Shown here: piece after piece, positions 29,414 to 39,972 of the stretch
How positions within the stretch are numbered: the stretch's first letter is position 1
How the letters are laid out: every line of letters begins with the position of its first letter
NCBI GenBank assembly: GCA_963745865.1
Contig: CAVUYZ010000004.1
Coordinates: 149,288-213,287, forward strand
Direction of reading: 5' to 3'
DNA from: an uncultured bacterium
Lineage (GTDB): Bacteria; Actinomycetota; Acidimicrobiia; Spongiisociales; ZC4RG35
DNA length: 64,000 bases
Program-made: the position numbers and the translations under genes
Notes under the pieces: model-generated
Databases searched by the model: none
What the model saw: the letters and a program-made list of their open reading frames with translations, nothing else
What the model was told of the DNA's origin: nothing

Positions 29414-30161
29414 TCGACGACCGGCGCCTTTCCCATGTAGAGCTCCCGGATTCGGGGGTCGCCCAGAATGGCGTCAGCCGTCCCTTCGAAGCGTTTTGAG
29501 CCGAGATCGAGAACGAAGGCCCAATCGGAAACCGCGAGACCGCGCTCGACACTCTGCTCGACCAACAAGACAGTGATCCCGAGATCGTTCAGATTGCTGA
29601 TGACGTCGAAGATCTGGTCGGCAGCTTGAGGCGCAAGACCGAGACTCGGCTCGTCGATCATCATGAGATCGGGTTTGGTCATCAGGGCCCTGCCCATGAG
29701 GAGGATCTGCTGTTGTCCCCCCGATAGCGTTCCGGCCAGTTGCCGCTCCTTCTCGGCGAGGATCGGGAACCTGTCGAAAGTCTCTTCGATGCGGTCCCGC
29801 ACGACAGATCGATCTGGTTCGAGGTACCCCCCCATGACGAGGTTCTGGCGAACGGTCATCTTCGTGAAGAGACTCGGATCCTGCGGAACAAAACAGATTC
29901 CTCTCTTCAGGAGCTGGTCCGGCCGCAATCCGCCGACCGGCTTCGCCGTGAAATCGAACCGCACCCGATCGAGGAGCGAGAATTCCGCCGATCAGCTTGA
30001 GGAGCGTCGACTTGCCCGCACCATTCGGGACCGATGATGCAATAAGTGCGGCCCGCTTCGACATCGAGACTGAGGCCCCGGAGGATGTCCGGACCGTGGC
30101 CGTAACCCGCTGTCACCGATTCCACTTCTAGAAGCACCTCAGACCCTCCCCAGGTATGCAT
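29410..30161 (-). CDS. livF: branched-chain amino acid-type ABC ATPase LivF; frame broken twice (~30026-30030 and ~29963-29967); start ATG 30161 or GTG 30137
   Basis: Three frames join in order: VLLEVESVTAGYGHGPDILRGLSLDVEAGRTYCIIGP, then NGAGKSTLLKLIGGILAPRSG, then VRFDFTAKPVGG...LSGGQQQILLMGRAL...MIDEPSLGLAP. Length 752 = 3n+2. Confidence 0.85.
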
Positions 30162-30868
30162 CGAGAACGATGGGGTCCTTCTGGACCGTGGCCGGATCGG
30201 CCTGAGTGAGCACGGCACCATGGGCCATCACCACGACCGAGTCGCAAAGCCGCATGACCAGGTCCATGTTGTGCTCAACGATGAGAAAGGTGACGCCATT
30301 CGATCTGAGGGTCCTGATCCGATCGATGATCCTCTCCAGCAGTGCTGGATTGACTCCTCCGGCGGGCTCATCGAGCAAGACGAGCCGCGGCTCCGGCATC
30401 ATTGCTGAAGCGAACTCGAGCAGTTTGCGTTGGCCGTAGGAGAGATCGGAGGCCACGGCATCAGCGAGATGGTCGATGCCCACGAACTCCAGCAACTCCA
30501 TGGCTCTGGACGTCTCGCGAGTCGCCATCTTTGAACTGAACAAGCGCCACAGACTCGAAGGCGGCGCTGCCGCCACCATGTTTTCGAGGACGGTGAGGTC
30601 AGCCAGCCCGCGAGTGATCTGGAAGGTTCGGCTCATGCCTTGCTTCGTGATCCGGTTGGGAGCAAGGCTCGAGATCTCATTGCCCGCGAACCGAATTGAC
30701 CCGCGGTCCGGTCGCAGGACACCGCTCACCATGTTGAACGCGGTCGTCTTGCCAGCTCCGTTCGGCCCGATGAGGGCGGTGATGGATCCTGTCTCAACTG
30801 TGGAAAGTTGCTCCATTCACCGCCCTCAGGCCGCCGAATGCCTTGTGGATGTCGGCTATCTCAAGCAA
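30139..30868 (-). CDS. livG: branched-chain amino acid-type ABC ATPase LivG; frame broken near 30800-30806; TTG start proposed
   Basis: ORF 30139..30816 begins inside the ATPase (...TGSITALIGPNGAGKTT). The missing N-terminus, LLEIADIHKAFGGLRAVNGATF, is in the adjacent frame from TTG 30868. Length 730 = 3n+1. Confidence 0.8.
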
Positions 30869-30921
30869 GGAATCGCCTCGTCCAGATCGCCTCGTTCGTC
30901 ACTTGGCTTGAATCTGGCAGA

Positions 30922-32313
30922 TCACCAGCCGGGCTTTGGCCAGAGAAGGTCGGTGGCAGTCGAGTACGCGTCGCCCCGAGGGAACACGAATTCCAGATTG
31001 CCGTCCTGCCATTGGAGAAGCAGCACATCACGTCCTGCGGTCAAACCCAGATCGTCCCAGTAGTAGGGGCCTTGCATCGTCTGCACAGGGTCATCTGCAG
31101 TTCGGCTGTCGAGCCAGTCCCGAATCGCGGTGTTGTCTGTGGACCCGACCGCCTCGATCGCCTGCGCCATGGTCTGGCACACGACGAATGCCTGGCTGTG
31201 GTCCTCGTTGGCGGGCTCACCTATGCGGCTCTCGATCTCGCGGGCGAAATCCGCATTCGTGAAGGGCTCGCCTGCCAGATCTCCTCCCCAATCGATGGCC
31301 GGATCCCAGGTGCTCCACACCATGATGCCGTTGGCGGCGTCGCCCAGCTGTTCGGCGAACTCCGAGTATGTGCCTTGGCTGAAGAACGCAGCCTTTGGCT
31401 GGTAATCCACCGTCTGCATCGCGCGAACGATGTCGAGCTCACCAGGTGGGAGGGTGAGCGCAAAGAGCATTTCCGCGCCGGAGCTCTTGACCCGATTGGC
31501 AAGTGATACCCAATCGGTGAAGTCAGCCGGATACTGCTCCTGGAAGACGAGGTCGATGCCGACCTCCTCGAGGTAGCCGTCGCCGAAGTCGACGACGTCA
31601 TCGGATCCGGGAATCCCCAACTCGCCGCCGACGAGGCCAAGCGAGATGCTGTTGGTGAAGAAGTCGTCCTGATAGATGACGGCAGCGGAGGCTGGGAACT
31701 CGTCCTCGGGGATCAGCCCCTGGTCCCGGTAGTACGCCAGGACATCAGTCGGCGTTTGACCGATGTAGTTGATCGGCTTCAACGTGAACCCGAAGTTGTA
31801 CTCGAAGCCGCGCGAGTGTGACTGGAGCGAGCTATCTGAAGGTTCTGGGTACACCATCTGGGCCTGCTCGGCCAGCGCAGAGGCTGGGAACGAGAGCAGA
31901 GTCGAGAAAGTCCCGAGCAGGATGTCGGCGTTGTCGACATTGATGAAGCGATCGGTCTGAGCGACCGTGGTCTCGGGATCTGACTGATTGTCCGACACGA
32001 TGAGCTCGACTGGACGGCCAAGGAGCCCGCCTCGTTCGTTGATGATGTCGACGCAAGCCTGATAGCCCTGCTCGTGGAGGGTCCCAGGCACGGAGAAGCC
32101 GCCGGTCAACGGCAGCGAAGACGCAAACACGATCGGGTCGGACGATGGCTCCTCGGTCGTCTCCGTCGTCGCGCCCGGCTCGGTCGAGCCCGTGGTTGTG
32201 TTTGTCGTATCGGTTGCGCCGGCTGTCGATGCCGTCGTGTCGCTCGTCGAGTCGCCACAGCTCGCGACGATCAGCGCCAGCACGGATAGCACTATCAAAG
32301 TGGCTCTTCTCAC
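30922..32313 (-). CDS. ABC substrate-binding lipoprotein (type-1 periplasmic binding fold, Liv/amide/urea class)
   Basis: 463 aa. Signal peptide and lipobox MRRATLIVLSVLALIVASCG, then a Thr/Ser-rich linker, then ...SLPLTGGFSVPG..GYQACVDIINERGGLLGRPVELIV.D. Confidence 0.8.
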   Translation of the reverse strand: MRRATLIVLSVLALIVASCGDSTSDTTASTAGATDTTNTTTGSTEPGATTETTEEPSSDPIVFASSLPLTGGFSVPGTLHEQGYQACVDIINERGGLLGRPVELIVSDNQSDPETTVAQTDRFINVDNADILLGTFSTLLSFPASALAEQAQMVYPEPSDSSLQSHSRGFEYNFGFTLKPINYIGQTPTDVLAYYRDQGLIPEDEFPASAAVIYQDDFFTNSISLGLVGGELGIPGSDDVVDFGDGYLEEVGIDLVFQEQYPADFTDWVSLANRVKSSGAEMLFALTLPPGELDIVRAMQTVDYQPKAAFFSQGTYSEFAEQLGDAANGIMVWSTWDPAIDWGGDLAGEPFTNADFAREIESRIGEPANEDHSQAFVVCQTMAQAIEAVGSTDNTAIRDWLDSRTADDPVQTMQGPYYWDDLGLTAGRDVLLLQWQDGNLEFVFPRGDAYSTATDLLWPKPGW

Positions 32314-32437
32314 GTTTTGACTCCTTCGTTCGTTATCGGGACAGTACTGAGGTAGTGCGAGCGAGTGGTCCGCTCGCGGTTGAGGGTTTGGTTTCTGGGT
32401 TGTTGCCTTCCGTTTCGGAGCGCATCGACATCGGGCC

Positions 32438-33799
32438 TCATGCGGAGATCAACCCGGCTCTCTGCGCTGCCGCCCTTCCGCGGCCCCGTGCATCATCGAG
32501 AATGGAGGTCAACTCATCGGGGGTGACGATTGCGTATTGGCGATCCTCCAGGACGGGGACGCCATCGACGAACACATGGGTGGCATCGAGTCCTCGCACC
32601 GAGTGCACGAGTGCGCCCACCACCCCGTAGTTGACGGTCGACCATGGCGTCGTGATGTCGAAGACCGCGATGTCAGCTCGTTTTCCGACCTCGATCGATC
32701 CGATCTCGCCCTGCATTCCGATCGATCGTGCCGCTCGGATCGTCGCCATCTCGAGGCTGGTCCATGGATCGAGCCCCATGGGGTCGAGGTGAAGCTGGTT
32801 CTGGAACAATCGAGCGGCCTTCATCTGCTCAACCATGTCGACTGATGTGTCGACCATCGGCCCATCAGTACCGAGCGCCACGTTCACGCCACCCTGGAGC
32901 ATCCGCTTGACAGGAGTGATTCCGCCTCCCCTGGTTGCCTCACTGGTTGGCGTATGAGAAACGCTCGAGCCCGCATCGGCGATCAGTTCGATGTCGCGAT
33001 CCCTCACATGAATGGCATGTGCGAGGAGCCAGCGCGGCCCCAGCACGCCCAGGCTGTGGAGGTACTCGATATCGGTCCGTCCCATCTCGATGACGAACTT
33101 CAAGTAGCCCTGGTCGCGGGACATCGTGCCCCCGGCGACATGGTCGGTGATGACGGTATCGAGGCGGCGCGCAAGGTCGTCGCCGCGTTGAATGAGTTCT
33201 GCGGAAGAAGTCTTCAGCGCCACCCAGTGCGCCGTCGACTCGATGGCGAATCCAACGCGAATGCGGCCGTTGCCTTTGCCATCCCATCGTCCATGAATGT
33301 CTTCGGCGAGAGACAGCTGGTCATCGAGTTCCCAGGCCCTGATCTCCTTCGCGAACAACTGCCGCATGCCCATCCGATCGACTGCGTTCAAGATGGCCGT
33401 GACGTGCGGCTCTTGAGTCGTGGTGACCATGTGGTTCACCGACGTCGTGGTTCCTGATCGGATCATCTCCAAGCACGAGAGCAGGCTCGCCGTCTCCAGA
33501 TCCTCCGCCGAGAGGGAGTTCCCGCCCGGGACGAGCAGGTCTGAAATCCATTGCTCGAGCAGCATGCCCTCGCCGAGGCCCTTGAAGAGGTTGTACCAGT
33601 GATGCTGGTGGGTGTTGACGAATCCGGGTATCACAACTGAGCCAGAGACGTCGATGACGCGGTCCGCCCGGCGATCCGGTGTCCCCGCACCCACTTCAGC
33701 CACCTCGCTGCCGTCGATCAAGACATAACCAGGATCGAGAACCGTGCGGGCGGAGTCCACCGGAACGACCGCGCCACCCTTCAGTAAGACTGTGGTCAC
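32438..33799 (-). CDS. amidohydrolase-superfamily deaminase/chlorohydrolase-like enzyme (TrzA/AtzA/MTA-SAH deaminase class)
   Basis: GTG at 33799 follows ggagagga. The product reads VTTVLLKGGAVVP..VIPGFVNTHQHHWYNLFKG (HxH metal motif)...ALGTDG.... Confidence 0.75.
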   Translation of the reverse strand: MTTVLLKGGAVVPVDSARTVLDPGYVLIDGSEVAEVGAGTPDRRADRVIDVSGSVVIPGFVNTHQHHWYNLFKGLGEGMLLEQWISDLLVPGGNSLSAEDLETASLLSCLEMIRSGTTTSVNHMVTTTQEPHVTAILNAVDRMGMRQLFAKEIRAWELDDQLSLAEDIHGRWDGKGNGRIRVGFAIESTAHWVALKTSSAELIQRGDDLARRLDTVITDHVAGGTMSRDQGYLKFVIEMGRTDIEYLHSLGVLGPRWLLAHAIHVRDRDIELIADAGSSVSHTPTSEATRGGGITPVKRMLQGGVNVALGTDGPMVDTSVDMVEQMKAARLFQNQLHLDPMGLDPWTSLEMATIRAARSIGMQGEIGSIEVGKRADIAVFDITTPWSTVNYGVVGALVHSVRGLDATHVFVDGVPVLEDRQYAIVTPDELTSILDDARGRGRAAAQRAGLISA

Positions 33800-33892
33800 G
33801 GTTGATCCTCTCCTGGCGAGTTGTGGCGAACTGGTGAGCTCATGAGCCGCACCGTCGAACCTATCCCGACTGTAACGTGGGAGCACGGATCC

Positions 33893-33906
33893 TGCAATCG
33901 ATTGTG
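33893..33906. promoter_or_regulatory. LacI-type palindromic operator candidate (site 1 of 7)
   Basis: TGCAATCGATTGTG lies in the divergent region between the amidohydrolase (start 33799) and the cupin (start 33940). Confidence 0.55.
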
Positions 33907-33939
33907 AAGCCGGTCCGTTCTCGGTACGCTTTGCCGTGC

Positions 33940-34315
33940 ATGCGACCGGTCATCAGATTCCAGGACCTCCCCAAGATCCGTTCGACCAGGGATGGCCGAG
34001 ATCGCGTTGACCTGGTCACCGAGGAGCTCTTCGGGATCACCGATCTCAAAGCCGATCACATCACCTATCACCCCGGCGACACTGCGGCGGCCCACTATCA
34101 CATCGGCGCCAAGCACTTCTTCTTCGTCGACTCGGGCGCAGGGCATCCTCCATCTCGGCGATGAGGTTCATCCGTTGTCGAAGGGAGATGTCGCGCTCGC
34201 CGACGACGGGGTCGTCCACTGGTTCGAGAACACCAGCGACGAGGCGTTCTCGTTCTACGAGCTGTGGGTGCCGATGCCACGTGAGACGATCTGGGTGGTG
34301 GAGGACGATCAATGA
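33940..34315 (+). CDS. cupin-domain protein; frame broken near 34135-34139
   Basis: MRPVIRFQDLPKIRSTRDG...YHPGDTAAAHYHIGAKHFFFVDSG joins GILHLGDEVHPLSKGDVALADDGVVHWFEN. Length 376 = 3n+1. The stop overlaps the next ATG (ATGA). Confidence 0.7.
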
Positions 34316-36575
34316 ACATGGGAACGAGTGACGTGAGTTCACGTCCATCGACCGCCATCAGACCGGAGGCTGGATGACCGGCCGCTCATCACCGGGACCG
34401 GTGCGTATGTCGCCGACCTGATCGATGCCGACACGCTGCACTGCGCCTTCGTGCGCAGCCCGGTCGCGCACGGTCGCATCACGTCGATCGACGTCGACAT
34501 GGCCACCGACATCGAGGGCGTTGTCGGGATCTTCACTGCCGAGGACCTTCAGATTCAGGACATCCCGGCGGTGACCGGTCGTGGCGTCGGAGCCGACTAC
34601 ATGACCCGGCCGGTGCTGGCCCGTGACAAAGTGCGCCATGTCGGGGATCCCGTGGCAGTGGTCGTCGCCGACTCGGCTCGGGCTGCCGTCGACGCCGCCG
34701 ATCTCGTGTGGCTCGACGTCGACGAGCTCCCGGCCCTCACCGACCCGGAGACTGCTGCCGACTCCGAGGTTCATCTGTTCGATGGCGGGTCCAACATCGT
34801 TGGCCGGCTCCATCTTGCCGAAGGAGCCGAGCCGGACGCTTCCGCCGGCGGTGTCGGTGACGGTGCGTGTCGAGAGTCAGCGCCTCGCCCCGATGTCGAT
34901 CGAAACGCTGGGCATCCTGGTGGATGCCACCGAGCAGACACTGCGGGTGTGGTGTGGGCATCAGGCTCCTCATCGCCTCAGGAACCAACTCTCAGCGATG
35001 CTCTCGATACCCCATGACGATGTCCGGGTGACCATCCCCTCAGTCGGCGGAGCCTTCGGGATGAAGGGCATGCTCTTTCCCGAATACCTCGTCGTCACCG
35101 AGGTGGCGCGACGGCTGGGACGCCGGGTCGCGTGGATCCAGGGTCGACGAGAGCAGTTCGTGTCGGGCACCCATGGCAGAGCCCAGCGCCATCGGGTGAC
35201 ACTCGAAGGTGACGCCGACGGTCGGATTCGGAAGGCTCACGTCGATCTTCTCGCCGACACCGGGGCATACCCGCACAACGGCTCGGCCGTGCCGATGTTC
35301 TCGCGCCTGGTTGTCACCGGGATGTACGACATCGAGCGAGTGGAAGTCGACACCACCATCGTGGTCACCAACCAGGCGCCGACCGGCTCCTATCGCGGCG
35401 CTGGACGGCCGGAGGCGGCACTGGCGATCGAGCGGGCGATCGACGCGTTCGCTCGGGAAGCGGGCCTCGACCCGCTCGACGTGAGGATGACCAACCTCAT
35501 CCGGACCCTTCCCCATCGCACGCCAACCGGCGCCGTCTACGACTCAGGGGACTACGCCGCTGCCATCCGGCGCGCCACCGAGATGATCGGCCTCGATTCG
35601 GTTCGCTCCGAGCAACAGGATCGGCTCGGTACGGGCGCCGACCCTGTCGGCTTCGGGATGGGGGCGTTCATCGAGCGAGCCGGGGGAGCGATCGAGTCCG
35701 GCGAGTATGCCAAAGTCGAGGTCACCGACGATGGGATCGTCGTCAGGACCGGCTCTACCGACACCGGCCAGGGCCACTCGACGGCGTGGACCCAGGTGGC
35801 AACGTCCATCTTCGGGGAAATTCCGGTGCAGGTGGTCGCAGGTGACACCGACGAAGTCGCAGACGGCGTTGGCTCCTTCGCGTCTCGGTCGACGCAGATC
35901 GGTGCGTCGGCGGTCCGGCGGATGTCCGAGAGTGTTCTCGAGCAGGCCAGGCAGCGGGCCGCCGACCGACTGGAGGCGGCCGTCGTCGACATCGAGTACG
36001 AGACAGGAGTCTTTCGGGTCGCGGGTGTCCCCGACAGTGGAGTGAGCTTGTTCGACCTCCTGCCGGACGGCGAGATCGCCGACGAGGAGATGTACGTCCC
36101 CGGTGCGCAGACGTTCCCGTACGGAGCACACGCGGCCGTGGTCGAGGTTTCACTCGAGACGGGCGAGGTCACGGTTCGGCACCTGGTCACCGTCGACGAC
36201 TGCGGGGTGGTCATCAACCCGATGCTCGTCGAGGGCCAACTACACGGATCGGTGGCCCAAGGGCTGGGCCAGGCACTGTTCGAGACGATCAGGTACGACG
36301 ACTCCGGACAACCCCAGACCGCCACGCTCATGGACTACATGACACCGCACGCGCCCGATTTCCCAACTCCGGAAGCCGATCACCTCGTCAGCCCTGCTCC
36401 GTCCAACCCGCTCGGAGCCAAGGGCACCGGCGAGGCCGGATGCATCGGGGTTCCCCCGGCCGTACTCAACGCCGTGCTCGACGCGTTGGCTCCCTACGGG
36501 GTGCATGATCTCCAACTTCCGCTCAGTCCGCATCGAGTGTGGACGGCGATCCAGGAGGCCCGCTCCCGTGCCTGA
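34312..36575 (+). CDS. xanthine dehydrogenase-family molybdopterin-binding subunit, form-II CoxL-like; frame broken twice (~34368-34372, ~34845-34850)
   Basis: Three segments join in order: [19 protein letters not shown], then [32 protein letters not shown]..., then ...VGGAFGMKG...[13 protein letters not shown] (an AYRGAGR-type active-site loop)...GLGQALFE...[12 protein letters not shown]. Length 2264 = 3n+2. Confidence 0.85.
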
Positions 36576-37617
36576 TGTCGAAGCAGTGGTTCGAGGGGCC
36601 GTGGTCCAGGCGGCTCCGGTGTTTCTCGACCGTGAAGCCACCGTCGAGAAGGCGATCTCCCTGATCGAAGAGGCGGGCCGGAACGGCGCCGAGATCGTCG
36701 CCTTCCCCGAAGGGTTCATTCCGGCCCATCCCGTCTGGTTCCACTTCCATTCGGGAACCGATCGACGGGGGACCGAGCTGTCCGTCGAGTTGTTCAAGAA
36801 CTCTGTCGAGGTGCCGGGGCGCGAGGTGGAGGCGCTGGCGGATGCAGCTGCGAGAGCCGGAACCTACGTCGTCATGGGGGTCTGTGAGAAGCTTCCGGGG
36901 ACCTTCGGGACGATGTACAACACCCAGGTCTTCATCGATCCCGTCCACGGGTACGTGGGGAAGCATCAGAAGCTGGTTCCAACGGTGGGTGAGCGCCTGG
37001 TGCACCGCGCCGGCGGCCCCGAGACCTTCGGAGCGTTCGACTCACCGTTCGGACGTGTGTCGGGATTGATGTGTGGAGAGAATTCGAACCCGCTGGCGAT
37101 CTTTGCGCTGACTGCCGAATCCACCCGGATCCATGTGATGGCATGGCCGAACCACTTTCCGAAGCCGGCCCTCCCGATGCCCGAAATCTCGCTGACCGCG
37201 GCGAAGGCATTCGCCCAGATGTCGAAGGCGTGGGTCCTGAGCGCATCGGCGGTCGTCGATGACCGGGTTCGAGACATGGTCGCCGCCGACGACGCCGACC
37301 GCGAGTTCCTCGCCCGGGACGACATCGGTGGTGGCTCGTGCATCGTGGCACCGGACACCCGGGTCGTCGCCGGCCCGCTGGTCGGCAACGAAGAGACCAT
37401 TCTCTACGCCGACATGGATCTCGAGGTCGGCGTCAAGATGAAGCTGCGCCACGATCTCGCCGGTCATTACAACCGGCCTGATGTGTTCAGACTGCTGGTG
37501 AACAAGGGCGCGCTCCCGCTGATGCAGTCGATGGCCGGAGATGAGTTGGCCGGACCCGGCACCCCCGCGCTCGACACCCCCGACCCGAGGATGCTGGAGC
37601 TCGGCTCGGACGACTGA
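36568..37617 (+). CDS. nitrilase-superfamily (carbon-nitrogen hydrolase) enzyme, nitrilase branch
   Basis: GTG at 36568 overlaps the coxL-like end by 8 nt. The product has VQAAPVFLDREATVEKAISLIEEAGRNGAEIVAFPEGFIP (catalytic Glu), ..KHQKLVPT (Lys) and ..GLMCGENSNPL (Cys). Confidence 0.85.
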   Translation: MPDVEAVVRGAVVQAAPVFLDREATVEKAISLIEEAGRNGAEIVAFPEGFIPAHPVWFHFHSGTDRRGTELSVELFKNSVEVPGREVEALADAAARAGTYVVMGVCEKLPGTFGTMYNTQVFIDPVHGYVGKHQKLVPTVGERLVHRAGGPETFGAFDSPFGRVSGLMCGENSNPLAIFALTAESTRIHVMAWPNHFPKPALPMPEISLTAAKAFAQMSKAWVLSASAVVDDRVRDMVAADDADREFLARDDIGGGSCIVAPDTRVVAGPLVGNEETILYADMDLEVGVKMKLRHDLAGHYNRPDVFRLLVNKGALPLMQSMAGDELAGPGTPALDTPDPRMLELGSDD

Positions 37618-37671
37618 CCGTCGGCCAGATGCGAGGCCCGGTTACGCGGTCGGTTTCGTACGATCGACCCG

Positions 37672-38892
37672 ATGGACGAGCGAATTCTGTTGGATTCTGG
37701 CGACGAGGCGCGTCCGCCCCCGGACGGGACCGGATCGCCCGCCGGCTGGTGGGTTGCGGCGGCGTTGATCGCTGCAGTCGTGATCGTCACGAGCCAGGGT
37801 GCAGACTTCGCTGTACCGGACTCGTCATTGATCGTCGAGCCGTTTTCGCCACCGACCGGCCGATGGGTGGAGACGGTCCTCGGGGAGGGCGGGTCTTTCA
37901 CGGACGTCTCACTGGTGGGGTCGAGAATGATCGCCGTCGGGTCTGGTCTGCGGGTCGACGCATCCCCGTTCGTGTGGGTCTCCGATGGCGGATCCGATTG
38001 GGTCTCGGCCTCTGGTCCCTGGCTCGGGGGAGAGGTCATCTCGGCGATCGCTCCGAACGACGAGGCGCAGATCGCCGTCGGCTACCGGCTCGTCGAGCCG
38101 TTTGCAGCGGCGGGGCCGGTTGTGACCCCGCGGGTGTGGCGGACCGACGACGGTCTCATCTGGCGAGAGGAGATGACTGTCGGCCTGCCGGCTCGTTCGT
38201 CGCTGGTGGGTCTCGAGAGCCATGAGGGTGATGTGATCGCAATCGGCTGGGAGGGACCCGGGCTCCTCGAGCCGGTGGCGCTGCCCGGTCCCGGCTCCAT
38301 CGGACGCGTGTGGAGGAGTCCCGACGGGCGGACCTGGACCGACGTGACCCCTCTCGGCGACGCCGTGCGCTTCACCGATGTCTTGTCGGCGAGGGGAGGG
38401 CTGATGGTGTCGGGGAGCTTCGAGAATGCTCCCGCGATCTGGATGGGCGGCCCGACGTGGACCAGGTCGGTGCTGCCCGGGGACGAGTGGGATGGTTGCG
38501 AAGTGGTCGCCGTTGCTGATGACGACTCCGGGTTGGTCGCGATCGTGAGACGGAGCCTGGACCCCGGGGGTGTGTTGTCTGTATGGAAGATCGACGGCGC
38601 TGGAGAGTGGGAACTGCTGAATCGATCAGGTTCGCCATCGTCATCGGGGTGGATGGGAGCGATCGGAGGCGACCTCTTCACCGGGGCACCCTTCACCAGG
38701 TCGGTGTATGGAGCGGGACCGGAGTTGTGGGTATCGGACGATGGTGATGAGTGGTTCGGGGTCGAGATCACCGGTGGCGTGTCGCCCTGGCCTCCTGCCG
38801 CCGTGACACGGATCGTCCGTGCGTCCGACGGTCTCGTGGCATTCGGATCACGCGGTGCCGCACCGACGGTGTGGACGCTGTCCGGCAGCTGA
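37672..38892 (+). CDS. membrane-anchored protein with Asp-box/BNR-like beta-propeller repeats
   Basis: An N-terminal TM helix (WWVAAALIAAVVIVT) is followed by recurring W-x-S/T-x-D-G-x-x-W blades: VWVSDGGSDW, VWRTDDGLIW, VWRSPDGRTW and LWVSDDGDEW. Confidence 0.45.
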   Translation: MDERILLDSGDEARPPPDGTGSPAGWWVAAALIAAVVIVTSQGADFAVPDSSLIVEPFSPPTGRWVETVLGEGGSFTDVSLVGSRMIAVGSGLRVDASPFVWVSDGGSDWVSASGPWLGGEVISAIAPNDEAQIAVGYRLVEPFAAAGPVVTPRVWRTDDGLIWREEMTVGLPARSSLVGLESHEGDVIAIGWEGPGLLEPVALPGPGSIGRVWRSPDGRTWTDVTPLGDAVRFTDVLSARGGLMVSGSFENAPAIWMGGPTWTRSVLPGDEWDGCEVVAVADDDSGLVAIVRRSLDPGGVLSVWKIDGAGEWELLNRSGSPSSSGWMGAIGGDLFTGAPFTRSVYGAGPELWVSDDGDEWFGVEITGGVSPWPPAAVTRIVRASDGLVAFGSRGAAPTVWTLSGS

Positions 38893-38960
38893 GCGTTGGT
38901 TGCGCCCGGGGTTCTCCTGGGCGGTCATCGGAGCATGCGGCTCGGAATGGCGGCCCGTCC

Positions 38961-38974
38961 TACAAACGATTGCA
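38961..38974. promoter_or_regulatory. LacI-type palindromic operator candidate (site 2 of 7)
   Basis: TACAAACGATTGCA lies about 40 bp upstream of the EamA ATG. Confidence 0.45.
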
Positions 38975-39009
38975 GGAAGGGCTACCGTATCGCCGATGCA
39001 GGGAGTTTC

Positions 39010-39892
39010 ATGACGGGGATAGCGCTGGCAGTGACCGCCGGGATCGGGTTCGGGCTGTTTCAGGCGGTGAACCGCCGGGCCAACCAGAGCATCGACGCAT
39101 ATCTAGCTACGTTCGGCCTCCTGTTCGTTGGAACGGCAGCCCTTTCAGTAGTTGTTGCTCTCACACAGGACCTAGGAGAGCTCGCATCCGCACCGATCTC
39201 TTCACTCTTCCTGTTCGCTGCCGCGGGGATAATCCACTTCTACTTCGGTTGGACGTTTCTCACACTCAGCCAACAACATGTCGGGGCATCTCGCACGGGT
39301 GCCACCGCTGCCTCTGCCCCCCTGATCGGTAGCGTCCTGGCGTCATTCGCGCTGGATGAACGACTGGGTTGGGTTACTGGAGCGGGAGTGGTGCTCGTGG
39401 TGGCCGGTGTTGCTTCCCTTTCACTACGGGAGTTCCAAGTCTTCGGCTGTTGGAGGCAGAGGTACTGTTCCGTGGTATGGAATCGGAGCCGCGACGGTTT
39501 GGGGAACAAGCCCACTGTTCATCAGGTGGGGGTTGGAGGGACTCGACTCACCGCTGCTCGGTGTGACGGTTGGGATCAGCGCCGCCACGGTCGCGTACGG
39601 GATCTCTCTAGTCGTGACTCGTCGCTGGCGGTTGGGGATTCGAGCCCCCCTCTCTAGCATTGGATGGCTTGGGCTTGCCGGGCTGCTCGTCGCAGCGGCG
39701 ATAGCGTTCCAGTGGGCCTCATTCGATGCAATCACCGTTGCCGTGGCGATCACACTGCATCAACTTGCAGCGCCCGTTGTCATCCTGGTGGCGCCGCTGG
39801 TCGTAGGGCGTGAAATGGAGCCAATCACGCCGGCTCTCGTAATTGGCGCCGGACTCGTCATGTCGGGATCGATCCTCGTCATCCTCGCCTAA
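39010..39892 (+). CDS. EamA/DMT-family transporter; frame broken between ~39425 and 39470
   Basis: The first half (MTGIALAVTAGIGFGLFQAVNRRA...) joins the second EamA repeat (..WYGIGAATVWGTSPLFIRWGLEG...LVMSGSILVILA). Length 883 = 3n+1. Codon usage looks less GC-rich than in neighbouring genes. Confidence 0.7.
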
Positions 39893-39922
39893 GCGGAGAT
39901 CCTCGATCTCCGGTACCAATGA

Positions 39923-39952
39923 GAAAGGGCCCGCCGATCGGCGGGCCCTTTC
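39923..39952. terminator. bidirectional terminator hairpin between convergent genes
   Basis: gaaagggcccgcc-gatc-ggcgggccctttc is a 13-bp perfect stem with A/T-rich flanks on both sides. Confidence 0.7.
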
Positions 39953-39972
39953 TGCCGTTTCGTGTCTTCGCC

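Noticed and set aside
27055-32313. The impression that the RidA-Liv segment and the EamA gene (39010..39892) are less GC-rich and might be horizontally acquired.
   Set aside because: This is judged by eye only, and membrane proteins are often lower in GC. No flanking repeats, tRNA or integrase support an island. A computed GC/codon-usage scan is needed before making any claim.
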